Below are positions 12,704 to 24,811 of a stretch of 64,000 bases of DNA, piece after piece; position 1 is the first letter of the stretch; every line of letters begins with the position of its first letter. The DNA is taken from contig NW_027192209.1 of assembly GCF_041956535.1 (NCBI RefSeq), positions 511,408 to 575,407 on the forward strand. Direction: 5' to 3'. The position numbers were made by a program, and so were the translations under genes. A model generated the notes under the pieces. That model saw only the letters and a program-made list of their open reading frames with translations. It searched no databases and had not been told where the DNA came from. This DNA is from Calcarisporiella thermophila CBS 279.70. Lineage: Eukaryota; Fungi; Calcarisporiellomycota.

Positions 12704-14113
12704 TTATGCGATGGTACAGGAGTCGGGGGCCGATGCAAGAGCTTGTTCCCGCGCCCGCCCAAGCGCAGCGCTGACTTCTTCCCTCTCTCCGCCCTCCCAG
12801 CTATCTCGCATCCTTTCGGCTTGCGCCCTACTGTCTGCTCTTGCATACTTCAGCCACTCTAGCCTCTTGGCCGCCCGCTTTTCGCCATGGTCGGCTGCAC
12901 GGCAATACCAACGGATCGCCCCCGGCAAATCCTCCTCGACCCCGATTCCTCTCTCCAAGAAATAGCCCACCGTGTATTCGCCGCTCGGGTGGCAGAGCTC
13001 TGCCGCCCTCAGCGCCCAGCAGTATGCCTCCAGATCGGAGCAGGGTATCTCGTCGTCGCCCATGAGATAGCAAGTGGCGAGGGCAAAACAGGCCTCGGGA
13101 AGTTGGTGTGCGGCGGCAATGAGGTAGTAGTGGATGGCGAGACCAAGGTTGGGCTCGGCCCCCATCTCGCCCCGATCGTAGCAGCATCCGATGCGGAAGG
13201 CTGAGAGGGCGTGTCCCAGCTCGGCGGCGCGAGCATAGAGCGACAAGGCATACTCCTCATCCTGGAAGATCACTCCGGGGATCCCGTTCTCGTGGAACTT
13301 GGCATAGTGGTATATTCCCTCGGGGTAGAGTACGTTTCCTGCGTCTGCCGCGCGGTGCATCCACTTACATCCATTTCGGACGTTCTTCGCCCGACCCAGC
13401 TCCCCGTTGAGTTCCGCAAGGGCGAGGCGATAAGCAGCGCCCGGGTGGCCGGCAGAGGCGGCCTTCAGGTAATATGAGTAGGATTTGCAAGCGTCTCGGC
13501 GAGTGCCTATCCCCTTCTCGTAGCAGCGAGCGGCCTCGAAGGCGGCGTCGACATGACTCTGCTTGGAGGCCTGGATATACAATGCTAGCGCGTCTTTTGC
13601 ACGTTTACTGGCCAACTTTTTGTTGGGAGCATTTTTCAACTCGCAGAGATAACACTCGGCGAGCAGGTATTTCGCATCGGCTAGCCCCCGCACGGACAGC
13701 ACTCGGAGGACTTTGATAGCCTCTTGTATCGTCGTCTCTCTCTCCTCCCCGTCCAGCTGCTTTGCCATATCCAGTAAATAGAGCGAGAATTCCATCTGCA
13801 TGCTGACGTCTGAAGTGCGCTCTGCATTCCGCCGGTAGAGGGAGAGGGTCTCTTGAGCGGAAAGGAGCGAGGCTCTATTGCCGGGTTTAAGGTGCGATTG
13901 GGCATGGAATGATGCCACGGTGGAGTTGCCGGTAGGGGTGGCGACGGCTGTAGAGACGAGGGAGGAGGTGAGGCTGGAGGAGGATGAGTTGAAGGTGGCA
14001 TTGGAGAGAGTGGGGGATGAGAGGGGAGAGAATGATTGTATGGACGGCGATTCGAATGAAGTGTGCTTTAGTGACAGCCTCTCGTCGCAGAATCTCGAGA
14101 ATTCTTCTGTCAT
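12704..14113 (-). CDS. Sel1-repeat chitin synthase activator (Skt5/Chs4-like), intronless
   Basis: Multiple Sel1 repeats (e.g. AAELGHALSAFRIGCCYDRGEMG), Ser-rich N-terminus, C-terminal CaaX motif CTIA. Confidence 0.88.
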   Translation of the reverse strand: MTEEFSRFCDERLSLKHTSFESPSIQSFSPLSSPTLSNATFNSSSSSLTSSLVSTAVATPTGNSTVASFHAQSHLKPGNRASLLSAQETLSLYRRNAERTSDVSMQMEFSLYLLDMAKQLDGEERETTIQEAIKVLRVLSVRGLADAKYLLAECYLCELKNAPNKKLASKRAKDALALYIQASKQSHVDAAFEAARCYEKGIGTRRDACKSYSYYLKAASAGHPGAAYRLALAELNGELGRAKNVRNGCKWMHRAADAGNVLYPEGIYHYAKFHENGIPGVIFQDEEYALSLYARAAELGHALSAFRIGCCYDRGEMGAEPNLGLAIHYYLIAAAHQLPEACFALATCYLMGDDEIPCSDLEAYCWALRAAELCHPSGEYTVGYFLERGIGVEEDLPGAIRWYCRAADHGEKRAAKRLEWLKYARADSRAQAERMRDSWEGGEREEVSAALGRAREQALASAPDSCTIA

Positions 14114-15310
14114 GTTGCCCGTATACCGCAGCCGTATGATAAATAGGAGGGAACAGAGATTGGAAGGAGAGGGAGGGAGAAGGGGGGAAGGAGTGAAAAC
14201 AAAAAAAATAAGTCGAGGATGAAACCACTATTAAGGTTAAATACACAAGCAGGATCTTGAATCTCTACGGTTGCATCCTTGGGCGTGCAGATTGCCACGA
14301 ATCGGAGAGGTGAGAAAAAGGGAATTAGAAATAAAAACAATGGCCGTTGCTGTGCATTGGCAATGTGAACGGCAATTACTAAACAATTAATCTCATAATA
14401 AACAAGAACCACAATTGCAACCTCGATCCCCCCTCCCCCGCTCCGGCTTCCCAACCTCGGGCCTTGGTTCCCATCTGCAAGCAGCAGAGGTGTTAATTTC
14501 TACACTGCTGCCTTGCCTTCCTTTCTAGACGGCAGGGGACCATGCATAGTATCCATAGCCGCAAAGCTAACCTCTTCAGCCGTCTACCTATTTATCCGAG
14601 TGTTTAGCACGGATGAGGTCCTATAGGTCTCTTTTGCAGACGCCTTCTTCAATTTGTTCCCCTTGCTGCTAGAGCATGCGGTGCCCAACCTAGGGTTCGA
14701 GGATACAGTGCTTAGATTATTTCGACCTTGGCAAAGGGCTGAAGGGGTTAGCTTTTTTTCATATCTTTACAGTACCTGGATGGCTGGATTATTACGCCCA
14801 AGCTATTACTAACAAATTAGCAGCTTGCAACCCAACCTTCCTCTCGAATGCGAGCCAAGATCACACAAATGTGGATCTTATCCCTTATTAGGACTTCAAA
14901 AAGATCACGCGAGGGAGCATTGCAAAATAAGATGAACGGCATGTATAAATAGTCACTACCGTAGTAAAAATACAATTGAATGAAGAATCGGTTTGGATTG
15001 CAATCCTATCCCCTCCTGCACTATTTCATGCATGCGCATTTCTAGATCAGTAGTTTTGGGTCCAGCAGACAGGATCCAAGAGGGAGGCAAAATTCAGGGC
15101 AGGCTTTGGGCAGGAATGCGTTACGGGGGAGGATAGTGGCGGACACAGAGCTATGGCTTGTGGGCAATATCCAGTGCTCCCCGAGCAATCGTTCATCGTA
15201 GTATTTTATTATGTCTCATAAAGCAAGAAGAGAGGAAAGTTCAGGGGGGAGGAAAGAGCAGGAATAAACCGCCTCATAGGAGGCCGAAAAAAAAATATCC
15301 AATAGTCTTT

Positions 15311-16759
15311 CTAACGGGTACTCATTCGCCAGTTTCGCCCTCCAATCTCTTTGTATCCCTTGGTCCGCAACTCATAATAATTTAGAAATTCTATCTTCTC
15401 ACGAGCTCCCATTTTCGTGCGTCTCAGTCGGGAAATTTGTCCCATAAGGCGTTGACATTGCATGCCAACGACATCTTCTTCCTTCTCGTCAGCGCCGGAG
15501 GGTCCATCGTTCGAGGTCTGACGTACAAATATGGGGGAGGAAGGAGACTCGAGGGGCGGAAGGAACTTGACTCCAAGAGAGTTGGTAAACTGTTAATACA
15601 GAACATATCAAGGTCAATGGTGCGAGGAATTGAGCTGAGTAAAGCCGTCCTATTTACCTGAGAACACAACTTGAATACATGTGCGCCCAGTGATCCAACC
15701 GTGTAGGAAGGAGAGAACCCTTGGCTGTCATACCTACAGTAACTCGAGCGTTAGAGAGCCTGAGGGGGCGGGAGGGTGATATCATTTTTGCAAGTGTCTT
15801 ACTTGAAGGCCATCACGTATAGGTTGAACTCTTTCACTGGTAAGGTGCACTCCTTGAAGAGAGGCACGAATGTCAGTAGCGCCCGTCCATTTGAGGTCGT
15901 CCCTTCGGGGAAAATCACCAGAGGTCGGCCCAGTTTCTTGGCCTCTTTGGCCAGTTTAGAGATATCCAAGTCCTTGGATCCTTGTGGAGGCTCTAGATCC
16001 GGCTTATGGGTTAGGTTAAGAATTGCAGTGAGAAGCGAGATGGGTCGAAGGGTTGCGGTTTGTACAAAAGTGTGAGTGAAGATTGGATCATAGCTATTTA
16101 AGAGGACGAGGTGAGACTCAAGGCTAGAAATCGATCGAGAAGTGAACGAATTACCGGAATGCGAGGTAGACAAGGTCAACATAGGAGCAAGCGTTCGCCA
16201 CTATTACATCACCTGGTTTCACTCCACCTCCCGGAGGCCAAGAGGTTTTACTCTCACTAGTTGCGCGGCTGATAAGGGCAAACAAGGTAAATAGAATTAA
16301 TACGTTTAGATGGGCAGAGCTAATGCTACAAACAACAACGGATGGTAAAGAAAACTGGATTCTACCCTCGCCGTAAAGAGACTGTTTCGGTGGGAATATA
16401 AAAGAAGCCCATCAACAATAGTGCCGTTCTTGCCAAGCAAAAAACAAACAGCCTTCTCCATAGCAAATACAATGGTCGGATTGGATAGAGAATGAGTCCT
16501 AGGATCTCTACCAATATTATCCATAGAAGCGAGATGCACACGAGCTGCAGAATTCGTATCGCAGCAAGCAGCGAACATGGCACAAGCAGCAGATAATCTA
16601 GGATAGTTTGACCTATTGAGGCATCGATGCGGGGCGGAGTAGGCGGAAGAAAGGGATGAATTCCCGTTCCTGGATCCTGAAAACGATGGGTTTGATAAAT
16701 GAAAGTTTTTACTACTCCTACTAAACTCTACTTACTCTCCACCTGGAGTACTTCTCCAT
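15311..16759 (-). CDS. LOA1: Lysophospholipid acyltransferase, Loa1/Vps66-like
   Basis: N-terminus MEKYSRWR/DPGTGIHPFLP typical of the family; PLVIFPEGTTSNGRALL motif; motif I reads NACSYVD. Confidence 0.85.
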
Positions 16760-16852
16760 CACGATATCTCGATTCTCGACTAGATTAAACAACGGTGGAG
16801 GAATAGGAGAAGTGACCAAATAACCCAAGCCATTGAATGCACTTATGGTATT

Positions 16853-16860
16853 TGTGACTG
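16853..16860 (-). promoter_or_regulatory. Homol-D-like box (CAGTCACA on minus strand) upstream of LOA1
   Basis: TGTGACTG about 95 bp upstream of the ATG. Confidence 0.45.
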
Positions 16861-17805
16861 GATCAGAGTCTAAAGTTTAAAGTTGGCTCAACTTAGTGAG
16901 CTGTGCTTTCTAAATACCTCGATGATGTCCATTACAATTGAAAATAGACTGTATCTAATCTAAGTCAAATATGCTTTGGCATAAAAATAAAAATCCCATG
17001 CCCATGGTAATAAAATATATGAAATATGACTGAAATAAGTTAGTTGCGTTGGAAAGAGAGGGAAGAGGATGGGGGGGGGAGGGTATACAAGGTGAGAGAG
17101 AGGGGTCTCACAGGTATAAATAAAGGCAACTAAGGCTCTGGTCCAACTGATTTCAAACATATCGCATGCTCGCATACCCAAGACGCTTAAGCTTTTTGGT
17201 GCAACCTATTTTCACATTATGCTAAGAACTCGTAATATATTTTCGCCATGAGGCTAGGGTTATTGTCATTGGTAAGAGTTCAAACTTGGAGGCAAAAGTC
17301 AATGGACAATGAATCAGATGGCAGATGCGGTAGAAGACGCCCTGATGCTCTATCGTGAATGATGGTACTCAACTCATGTGAGGTAGTTGGATCAAGATGC
17401 GGATTGCTATCGAGTGCCTTCAAAGAGATCAGAAGCAGGAGGCTTTATCCATCGAGTGTAGAGATTTGGGGCGAGTTACCATGCATATAAACGAGTAATC
17501 AGGATCAGCAGAAACATACAGCAGAAAATACCGAGCCATAGCACCGGCTTCATTTAAATCTTTTTTCGAAAATTTTACCACGAGTATCTCACGGAAGAGC
17601 AGAAATAGTTGGGTATATTGATCATCTTCCTCGTGTCCAAAGTGTTGTTAGCCGATAAATTACATATTGGGTGGAGCGGGAAATTTGATATGCCCTCCAA
17701 AACAACGAAAGGATACAAATCCAGGATGCTTCTCCTTGCAAGATTGATGGTTGGTTCCTTGAGCAATAGTTCCTTGTACACGCATGCAAAAGTGGAGGTT
17801 TAAAA

Positions 17806-18748
17806 TTAGTCGGAAGTTGTAAAAAGAATCCCTGTTTGAAGATTGGCTTTTTTCCTTTTTTTCCGCAACTTTCGCACCCCTAATTCTTCTTCTGACGAGA
17901 CGATGGCTTTTTCAGCTGCTTTTTCTGCTCCCATATTTCGAGATAACTCCAATGCGAATGCAATATCCTTCGAAGTCAACCCTCTCCCGGCATTGTGGGC
18001 TGTCAGCTGGTTATTCTCACATACCATTATGGGTTTACAATAGTTAATACAGTCGTTTATCAAATTTTTCAAATACCACTGTAACATAGAATACGTTATT
18101 AGCGAGTTTATAATATAACGGAAGAAAACCAACTCACTTCCAATGCATGGTTCATTAGAGTCACCGTCTCGTCTGATACGCCGCCATATAATCCATTCTC
18201 TAAAGCAATGGATACCATACGCTCCTTACATGTTTGCAAGCTTGGCAAAAATTTGGCTCTAGCACATGTCCCAGTTGAATTGGAGGCCAATTTTGATTCG
18301 CTTTGATGGTGGGATAGATCGCTCTTAGTTACGGCAGCATTATCAACTTTAGCACTACGATTCTTCTTGCGTGATCGCGAGGCAGTGCCCGTGGAAGAGG
18401 CAGCAGTACCTTTTGCAGAGGATCCAGAAATGCTGTGAAGATTGGCAAGGATAAATTTGCTGTGCAAATGGGCTAATATCAAAAAATATTAATACATTCG
18501 CTATTAAAATATCAGTATAAAATAGAGATATAACCATTCTCCCGACTTAAATACATGTTGGCGTAGAAATCCAGCTCAGCTCTATTCAATTTTCCATGAA
18601 CAAAATCGGCAACGGAACCCCAATAAGCGGCTGCATTATCACCCAGAGCATTGGCTAACTGAAGTTTAAGGGTGCGAACATCCTGCGTAGCCTGTGAATG
18701 GCAGGATGCATTCGAGACGGAGCTTGAACAGGGTGCATTAGGAGGCAT
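17806..18748 (-). CDS. SAGA complex subunit Ada1/Hfi1-like (3 exons)
   Basis: LKLQLANALGDNAAAYWGSVADFVHGKLNRAELD...HLHSKFILANL; histone-fold part LPSLQTCKERMVSIALENGLYGGVSDETVTLMNHALE/WYLKNLI. Confidence 0.82.
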
Positions 18749-18933
18749 GTCATCCAGTTTTAATTACTACGTAAAATTTCCGAGTTCCATTAAGATAAGA
18801 AAAAATATAGTCTATCTAGAAATTGAATTTTTAATAACAGTGGCTAGTAAAAAAACTCACCCTCAACAACATGCCCAGCATTCTAAGGGATCCATCATTG
18901 CTCTGTCCCTCTCTCTTAAGCTATAGATACGAG

Positions 18934-19967
18934 ATGGTGGAGCCAATACCATCAACTTCATCAGCGGCGTTAAACGAAGAGCCCTTTACCCTCCATATCC
19001 GCTTTGCGGAAGGCGGAGATCTCTCCCTCAGTGTGCGATCTACAGACACGGTTTCACAATTAAAAGAAAAGGTATATGCGAAAAAAATCTAAATTGCTCT
19101 CCTAATTTCGGCATCTTGGTTGGTAACACTAATGCAATTATTGTTAGGTTCAACGAGCAAGGCCAGCTCTCTCAGGGAAATACCTCCGCTTTGTATACCA
19201 GGGACGCCTTTTGCGGGATGCAGAAACACTAGAGCAGACAGGTGTATCAAAAAGAGACATGTCATTACCTATATATATCCATTGCTCTGCATCAGATTCA
19301 CCTCCCTCTCGCACATCCGAGTCGCAAGTAAGTTGCACTGCTTTGGTCAGCGTGCTTGATCATGTCTAACCTACAAATTAAATTACTGAATTAACAGATA
19401 AGACAGATTACACCCCTCACAGGATTTGATCGGTTACGAGAAGCTGGGTTTTCTGAAGAAGACATCCGGAATATCCGCACACAATTTCATCAACTTCACG
19501 GGACAAGCGTTAATGGGGGTAAGCACACACGATGGCATAGCCCTTTTTTGATGGAAAGTTGAGATAGTATTATCGCTATAGAAATCAATGAGCAAACTCT
19601 GAATATGGAGGAAGATTGGATTGAAAATGCCGGAGAAACACTGCCCGATGGAAGTACGTGTATTTCCATTATTTTGTATTGCAATCCTTCAATAGCACTT
19701 ACCTCTCGATATGAATTACCGTAGCCGTTCAGGGCGCCTATTATGACATGGTTATTGGGCTCCTTTTCGGATTTTTCATGGGGCTGATCGTACTATTCTG
19801 GTTTAAGGAGCAGGCATTTTCGCGGAGACAACAAATGGGTATGGATTTCTTGAACAATTAGGCTTGTATGGGATGGATCGGATGCTGATATATTACTTTC
19901 TATAGGCATTGTGGCAGGCCTACTAATTAATATATCGTTTGGCATTCTTCGAGTGTACTATTACTGA
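18934..19967 (+). CDS. DSC3: DSC E3 ligase complex subunit Dsc3-like (ubiquitin-like domain + C-terminal TMs)
   Basis: LHIRFAEG..DTVSQLKEK..YLRFVYQGRLL..YIHCSASD; GFDRLREAGFSEEDIRNIRTQF; MEEDWIEN; TM hairpin ending RRQQMGIVAGLLINISFG. Confidence 0.88.
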
Positions 19968-20876
19968 TCTAATGTTGAATTTTCTTGTGCTTATTCTTTC
20001 CTTGTTTATTGATCCATGTTTTTGTTATTATTTTGTCGACTCAAAAGGGAAAAAACTCTAAATTCTTCGAATCAACCATTTCCTCTCCTATGCCCTTTTT
20101 TCGTTACCCTCTTCTCAACCATGGCTAATCCCCAACCCACTTTCAACCATTTATTAGAAATAATACGTTCCAGTTGCTTTAAAAGTTATCCCACGATGAT
20201 CCCTTTTCCTTTCATCGTACTTGATGTAGCGGTAACGTTTTCTATGATTTTTTTTTCGAATTTGAAGTAGGTTAGGTTACTTGTAACATATTCGTAGAGA
20301 CCAAATATTTTATTTTTATTTTGTTTATCTTTTTCTCCTTTGTTTCTCGGTTTTTGGCATTTTCCCCAAGAACGTCTACGGGTTTTCTTCACGACAGTAC
20401 AGGATCGCTACTTCATACTCTACATTTCTCATTATTTAATTTATTAATTTAACGGGAAATCGATCTTATTTATAATTCACTTCATTTCCGCCGTTCGAAG
20501 ATATATCTTGATCTCTTGAACGATCTCGAGCAATCGCATTAGTTACAACGGCATTTGTTTTCGACATCTTTCGATCGCTTTGAATCTGTGCGCATCCAGT
20601 CTCAGATCGTTGTAATCTCTGCATTCCGCTGACACACTCTTTTCCTTATTAGACATACTGAGATATCTTGTTTCGCATTGATCAAATCTGATCGTCTCCA
20701 TTAACTCCTCATTCACGTTCTGCTCAGATATATTTGTATACCCGGATCCATACGCAAACTCACGCATATATAATCAGCCAAAACGTCTTCGCTTTATTTC
20801 GATTACTTGTGTTCACTGGACCGCTCCTTCCCCTCACTCCTCATAACTTCCCCTATTCAAGTATAACACAGAGACG

Positions 20877-21982
20877 ATGGAGACTTCCTGGGCAACTGTT
20901 GGAAAAAGATCGTACGTAGATTGAAGCTTTTATTGTCCTGAGAACCTTGAATTAAACAGATGTTTTATTGCAGTAGCAAATCTGCTAATAGCAATGCCTA
21001 TGTAAAACCACCTACAGTTTCTGGTTCCAAACTAATTCAGCTCCAACGCAGCAGCACCGGCGGGGGCTTATCGGGAAGTGTCGGTGGTGGAGGGGGAGTC
21101 GGGGGAGCAGGTGGGGCAGGGAGTGTGCCTGTGACGGGATTTTCGTTGCTTGCAGCGAGTGGACTTACACAACAGGGTGCTGGAAGTGGTACCAGTAAAT
21201 ACACCGTATTGAAAAAGTCTTTAGGGGGCGGGGAGGAGAAAATCAACGGTTCTTCCGCCACAACAACAGGACCCTCTTCTCTGCTTAATAGTGCCGGAAA
21301 TATTAATGCACCGCCACGGTCAATTAATACCCTTGTGCCGACGGCCCCAACCCCTACTCCTTCCAATATTCACCCGCTTAAATATACTTGGATCTTCTAC
21401 TTCATGCATCGATCTCCAGGGGCCAAAGTTGCCAACTATGAGGGGGCCATGAAGCGGATTGCTGCTTTTTCTTCGATTGAGGATTTCTGGGCCGTGTATT
21501 CGCACTTGAAGAGGCCGCATGAGCTACCGAGCGTGAGCGACTACCACCTGTTCAAGCAAGGGGTGCGTCCCGTGTGGGAGGATGACGCCAACATCAACGG
21601 CGGAAAATGGATTGTACGACTTAAAAAGGGGCTGGCGAGTCGGTTATGGGAGAATTTGGTGAGTGCTCTATTCATGCGATGACTCTATTGAGAATCCAAC
21701 GCTAATTGTTTTATTTTTTTGGCCTGGCAGTTACTTGCCGTCATTGGTGAACAGTTTGATGTGGGCGATGAGATCTGTGGGCTAGTCATCTCGATCCGCA
21801 GCTCGGAGGATATCCTTTCTCTTTGGAACCGATCAGCGAACGAGGGCCGCATCAACCTAAAGATAAGAGATACGTTGAAAAGAGTTCTGGGACTACCGAT
21901 GGACACGGTCATGGAATACAAAGCGCATACAGATGCTTTAAGGGATAATTCTTCATTCCGGAATACGGACGTTTTTCGATGA
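20877..21982 (+). CDS. Class II eIF4E (4EHP/eIF4E2-like) cap-binding protein
   Basis: HPLKYTWIFYF, NYEG (Tyr at the first cap-stacking position), EDFWAVYSHL, VRPVWEDD, GGKWIVRLKKGLASRLWENL; 2 introns; Gly/Ser-rich N-terminal extension. Confidence 0.9.
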
Positions 21983-22357
21983 TTTTATTTTAATTTGTTC
22001 AATTATATATATTTTTTTTCTTCACTTTGTTTTTCTATTAAAGGAAGAATACAAAAGTTTTATTTTTATTACATTGCTTACTTTATTAACACTTTTTCTA
22101 CTTATTCAGTTTTGCGCATAATTGCAAGGGCATGACGGGATTTACTTTTTTTTTACCTAAAAAAAGGAGTTGATTCACTCTATTTCATGCACTTATTTTA
22201 TCCACTTTACGAAATAATCTCTTTGACTTGTGGGGGAGTAGTTTTGGCTGGGCGCCAGGGAAAGTGGCCCAAACTTACCGCTCCTCTTGAAGGAGTCGGC
22301 TTGATCTTCCGCCCACAATTTTACGGTCGCAAAATTTTAAACTTTTGAAAGGTTTAG

Positions 22358-22365
22358 CAGTCACA
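22358..22365 (+). promoter_or_regulatory. Homol-D box of the RPS3 promoter
   Basis: Exact CAGTCACA about 110 bp upstream of the RPS3 ATG. Confidence 0.65.
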
Positions 22366-22473
22366 TTTGGTGTCTTTAGTCCTCTCCTCAGCGGCTCAGT
22401 CTTGTTCCTCCTCTTTTTGCTTCCTCACGTTTGGCATCCCTATTTAGGAACAAACAACGAAAACAAAGTAACA

Positions 22474-23510
22474 ATGGCCGCAACCCAAATTTCAAAGAAG
22501 AGGAAGGTGAGGACGGATGGATGAATAGGGAGGGATGGATGGATTGGTTTGTGGGTTGAGATTTGGATGGTATATGGCATTCAGCATCGTGAATCAATCA
22601 TCGCAATCAATGCTTCATCGCCCCTCATTTCTATTATCCTCAATATTCTTTTTGCCAATCGCATGCGGCTATTCTCTGACTTACCATTTCTTTTTTTTTC
22701 TGATCGGATGTAGTTTGTTGCCGATGGTGTCTTCTTTGCCGAGCTCAATGAATTCTTCCAGCGCGAGCTCGCTGAAGAGGGTTACTCCGGCGTTGAAGTT
22801 CGTGTCACCCCTGCTCGTACTGAGATCATCATCCGTGCCACTCACACACAGCAGGTGTTGGGAGAGAAGGGCCGTCGCATCCGCGAGCTGACTGCTTTGG
22901 TCCAAAAGCGCTTCCGCTTCCCCGAGAACACTGTCGAGCTCTATGCTGAGAAGGTCAGCAACCGTGGATTGTGTGCCGTCGCTCAGTGCGAGAGCTTGAA
23001 ATACAAATTGTTGCAGGGTCTTGCCGTCAGAAGGTAAATGGGCTCTCCATGTGTTTCAGATCACAACACTCCTTCTTTGGACTCTAACTCCATTAACCAA
23101 TTAGGGCATGCTATGGTGTTGTTCGCTTCATTATGGAATCCGGTGCTAAAGGTTGCGAGGTCGTTGTCTCTGGCAAGTTGCGCGCTGCCCGTGCCAAGTC
23201 CATGAAGTTCGTTGATGGATTCATGATCCACTCCGGTCAGCCCATCAAGGACTATGTTGATGTTGCCATCCGCCACGTTCTCCTCCGCCAGGGTGTGCTC
23301 GGTCTTAAGGTGAAGATCATGTTGCCTTGGGATCCCACAGGCCGCGTTGGTCCCAAGACTCCTCTTCCCGATGTGGTTACCATCCTGGAGCCCAAGGAGG
23401 AGGCCCCTGTCACCGCCCCCAGCTCAGAAGACTTCGGAAAGGCTGCACAGCAACCTGTGCCTGGACAAGACGAGGCATCAGCACACCAGCAGGTTGAGGC
23501 TCAGTTCTAA
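22474..23510 (+). CDS. RPS3: 40S ribosomal protein S3 (uS3)
   Basis: [26 protein letters not shown]...[13 protein letters not shown]...[20 protein letters not shown]; 2 introns. Confidence 0.98.
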
Positions 23511-23823
23511 ACGAAGTGTTTTGTTGGATAAAAAAATAAAAATTTGCCATTTTTTTCAACTCTAATATACCCTTTTCAAGGCTATCAATCTATCCACCTA
23601 CGAATGTGGGCTCTCTCGGGGAGGAGAGGTGTTCTTACATGCCTCATCCATCTTCGTGCCTCTCCCCATGGATGTCTTAGAGAACGGGCTTATGCATTAA
23701 AATTTATTTGAAAAATTGTATCCTCACAGAGTAATATGATGTTATTTAGTAGTATTACTTCCAATGTTGTATTTGGAAAACAGAGTATTCATCGGGAAAC
23801 AGCCAATAAGGACTCTCCATCCT

Positions 23824-24541
23824 CTAGTATCTATTCATCACCCCCACGAACACCGCGATGGCGGCCGCGAATCCCAGGTTTGCAACCAGGCCTACCGCGT
23901 CGCTACCCTGGTTGAAGATGGAATTAGTGGATGTGGTGGAGCGTGGGCCAGTTCCAATTGTGGTCTGCGTGGCGGTCCGATTGTACTTCTTGGGGTGAGT
24001 TGCAGAACAGTTCGTCGAGCGACATGCGTTGTAACATGCAACATCGCCAGAGCTGCACCTTCCAACGCACGCCTGTTGGTCGTATGTGCACTGGAAGTAG
24101 GGAATTGTCTCTGTATACTCCGAAGAGTTGGGTGCAACATTATTATTACAAATGCAGTGGTACACAAGAGTGGCCGGATCGCAGTCGTTCTGTTGGACCG
24201 AGTGGCCACTGTCTTGACAAATGCCCTCACAGGTTGATGTTTGACTATATGCAGTCAGAAAGACAAGGAATAACACAATTAATCCAAATCAGATGGTGAC
24301 CGATTTCGAATAGGTACACATATAAAAACTGAGCTGAGTAATAACCACAACTTACAGAGTACACCATTGTCCAAAATTGGCCTTGGTTACGTTATCAACG
24401 GTGTTGACTATGGAATTGAGACACGTAAACATCAAATGGACTATATTAATTCATATGAACAACGTTCATGGGCTTACTATCAAAGGCCTGAACCGCTGAG
24501 ATAGCTAAGAGAACAAAGTAGATGCAAACAAAGCGTGTCAT
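23824..24541 (-). CDS. Secreted, probably GPI-anchored 12-Cys protein of unknown function (3 exons)
   Basis: Signal peptide MTRFVCIYFVLLAISAVQA; WC..QTSTC..IC...NDCDPATLVYHCIC..TIPYFQC..C...C..C...C..C; S/T-rich linker; hydrophobic C-terminus. Confidence 0.85.
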
Positions 24542-24811
24542 TATGCTGATGCTAAAAGTGATTTTTGAAAAAAGAGAGAGAAAGTTAAAAAAAAAAAGAT
24601 GGAACAAGTAATGGAGGAGTAGAGCGGTATAAATAGAAAATTCATCAACTGAATTTATTTCGGGCATAATTAATATAGCCAAATAGTCAAACTAATAAAT
24701 TATCTTGATGATATCAACAAAGTGTCGTCACCAATTTCATTTTACTAACTCCATCGAGAAATCAATTCTGAACACTGCAGGATCCGATCAAACTCCAAGT
24801 AATCAGAGAAA

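Noticed and set aside
17160-17800. Coding-like sequence between LOA1 and ADA1
   Set aside because: All frames are interrupted by stops; no identifiable homology
22507-22712. Longer RPS3 intron 1 as a snoRNA host
   Set aside because: No RTGATGA C box or convincing terminal stem; the CTGA hits fit branch-site or 3' context
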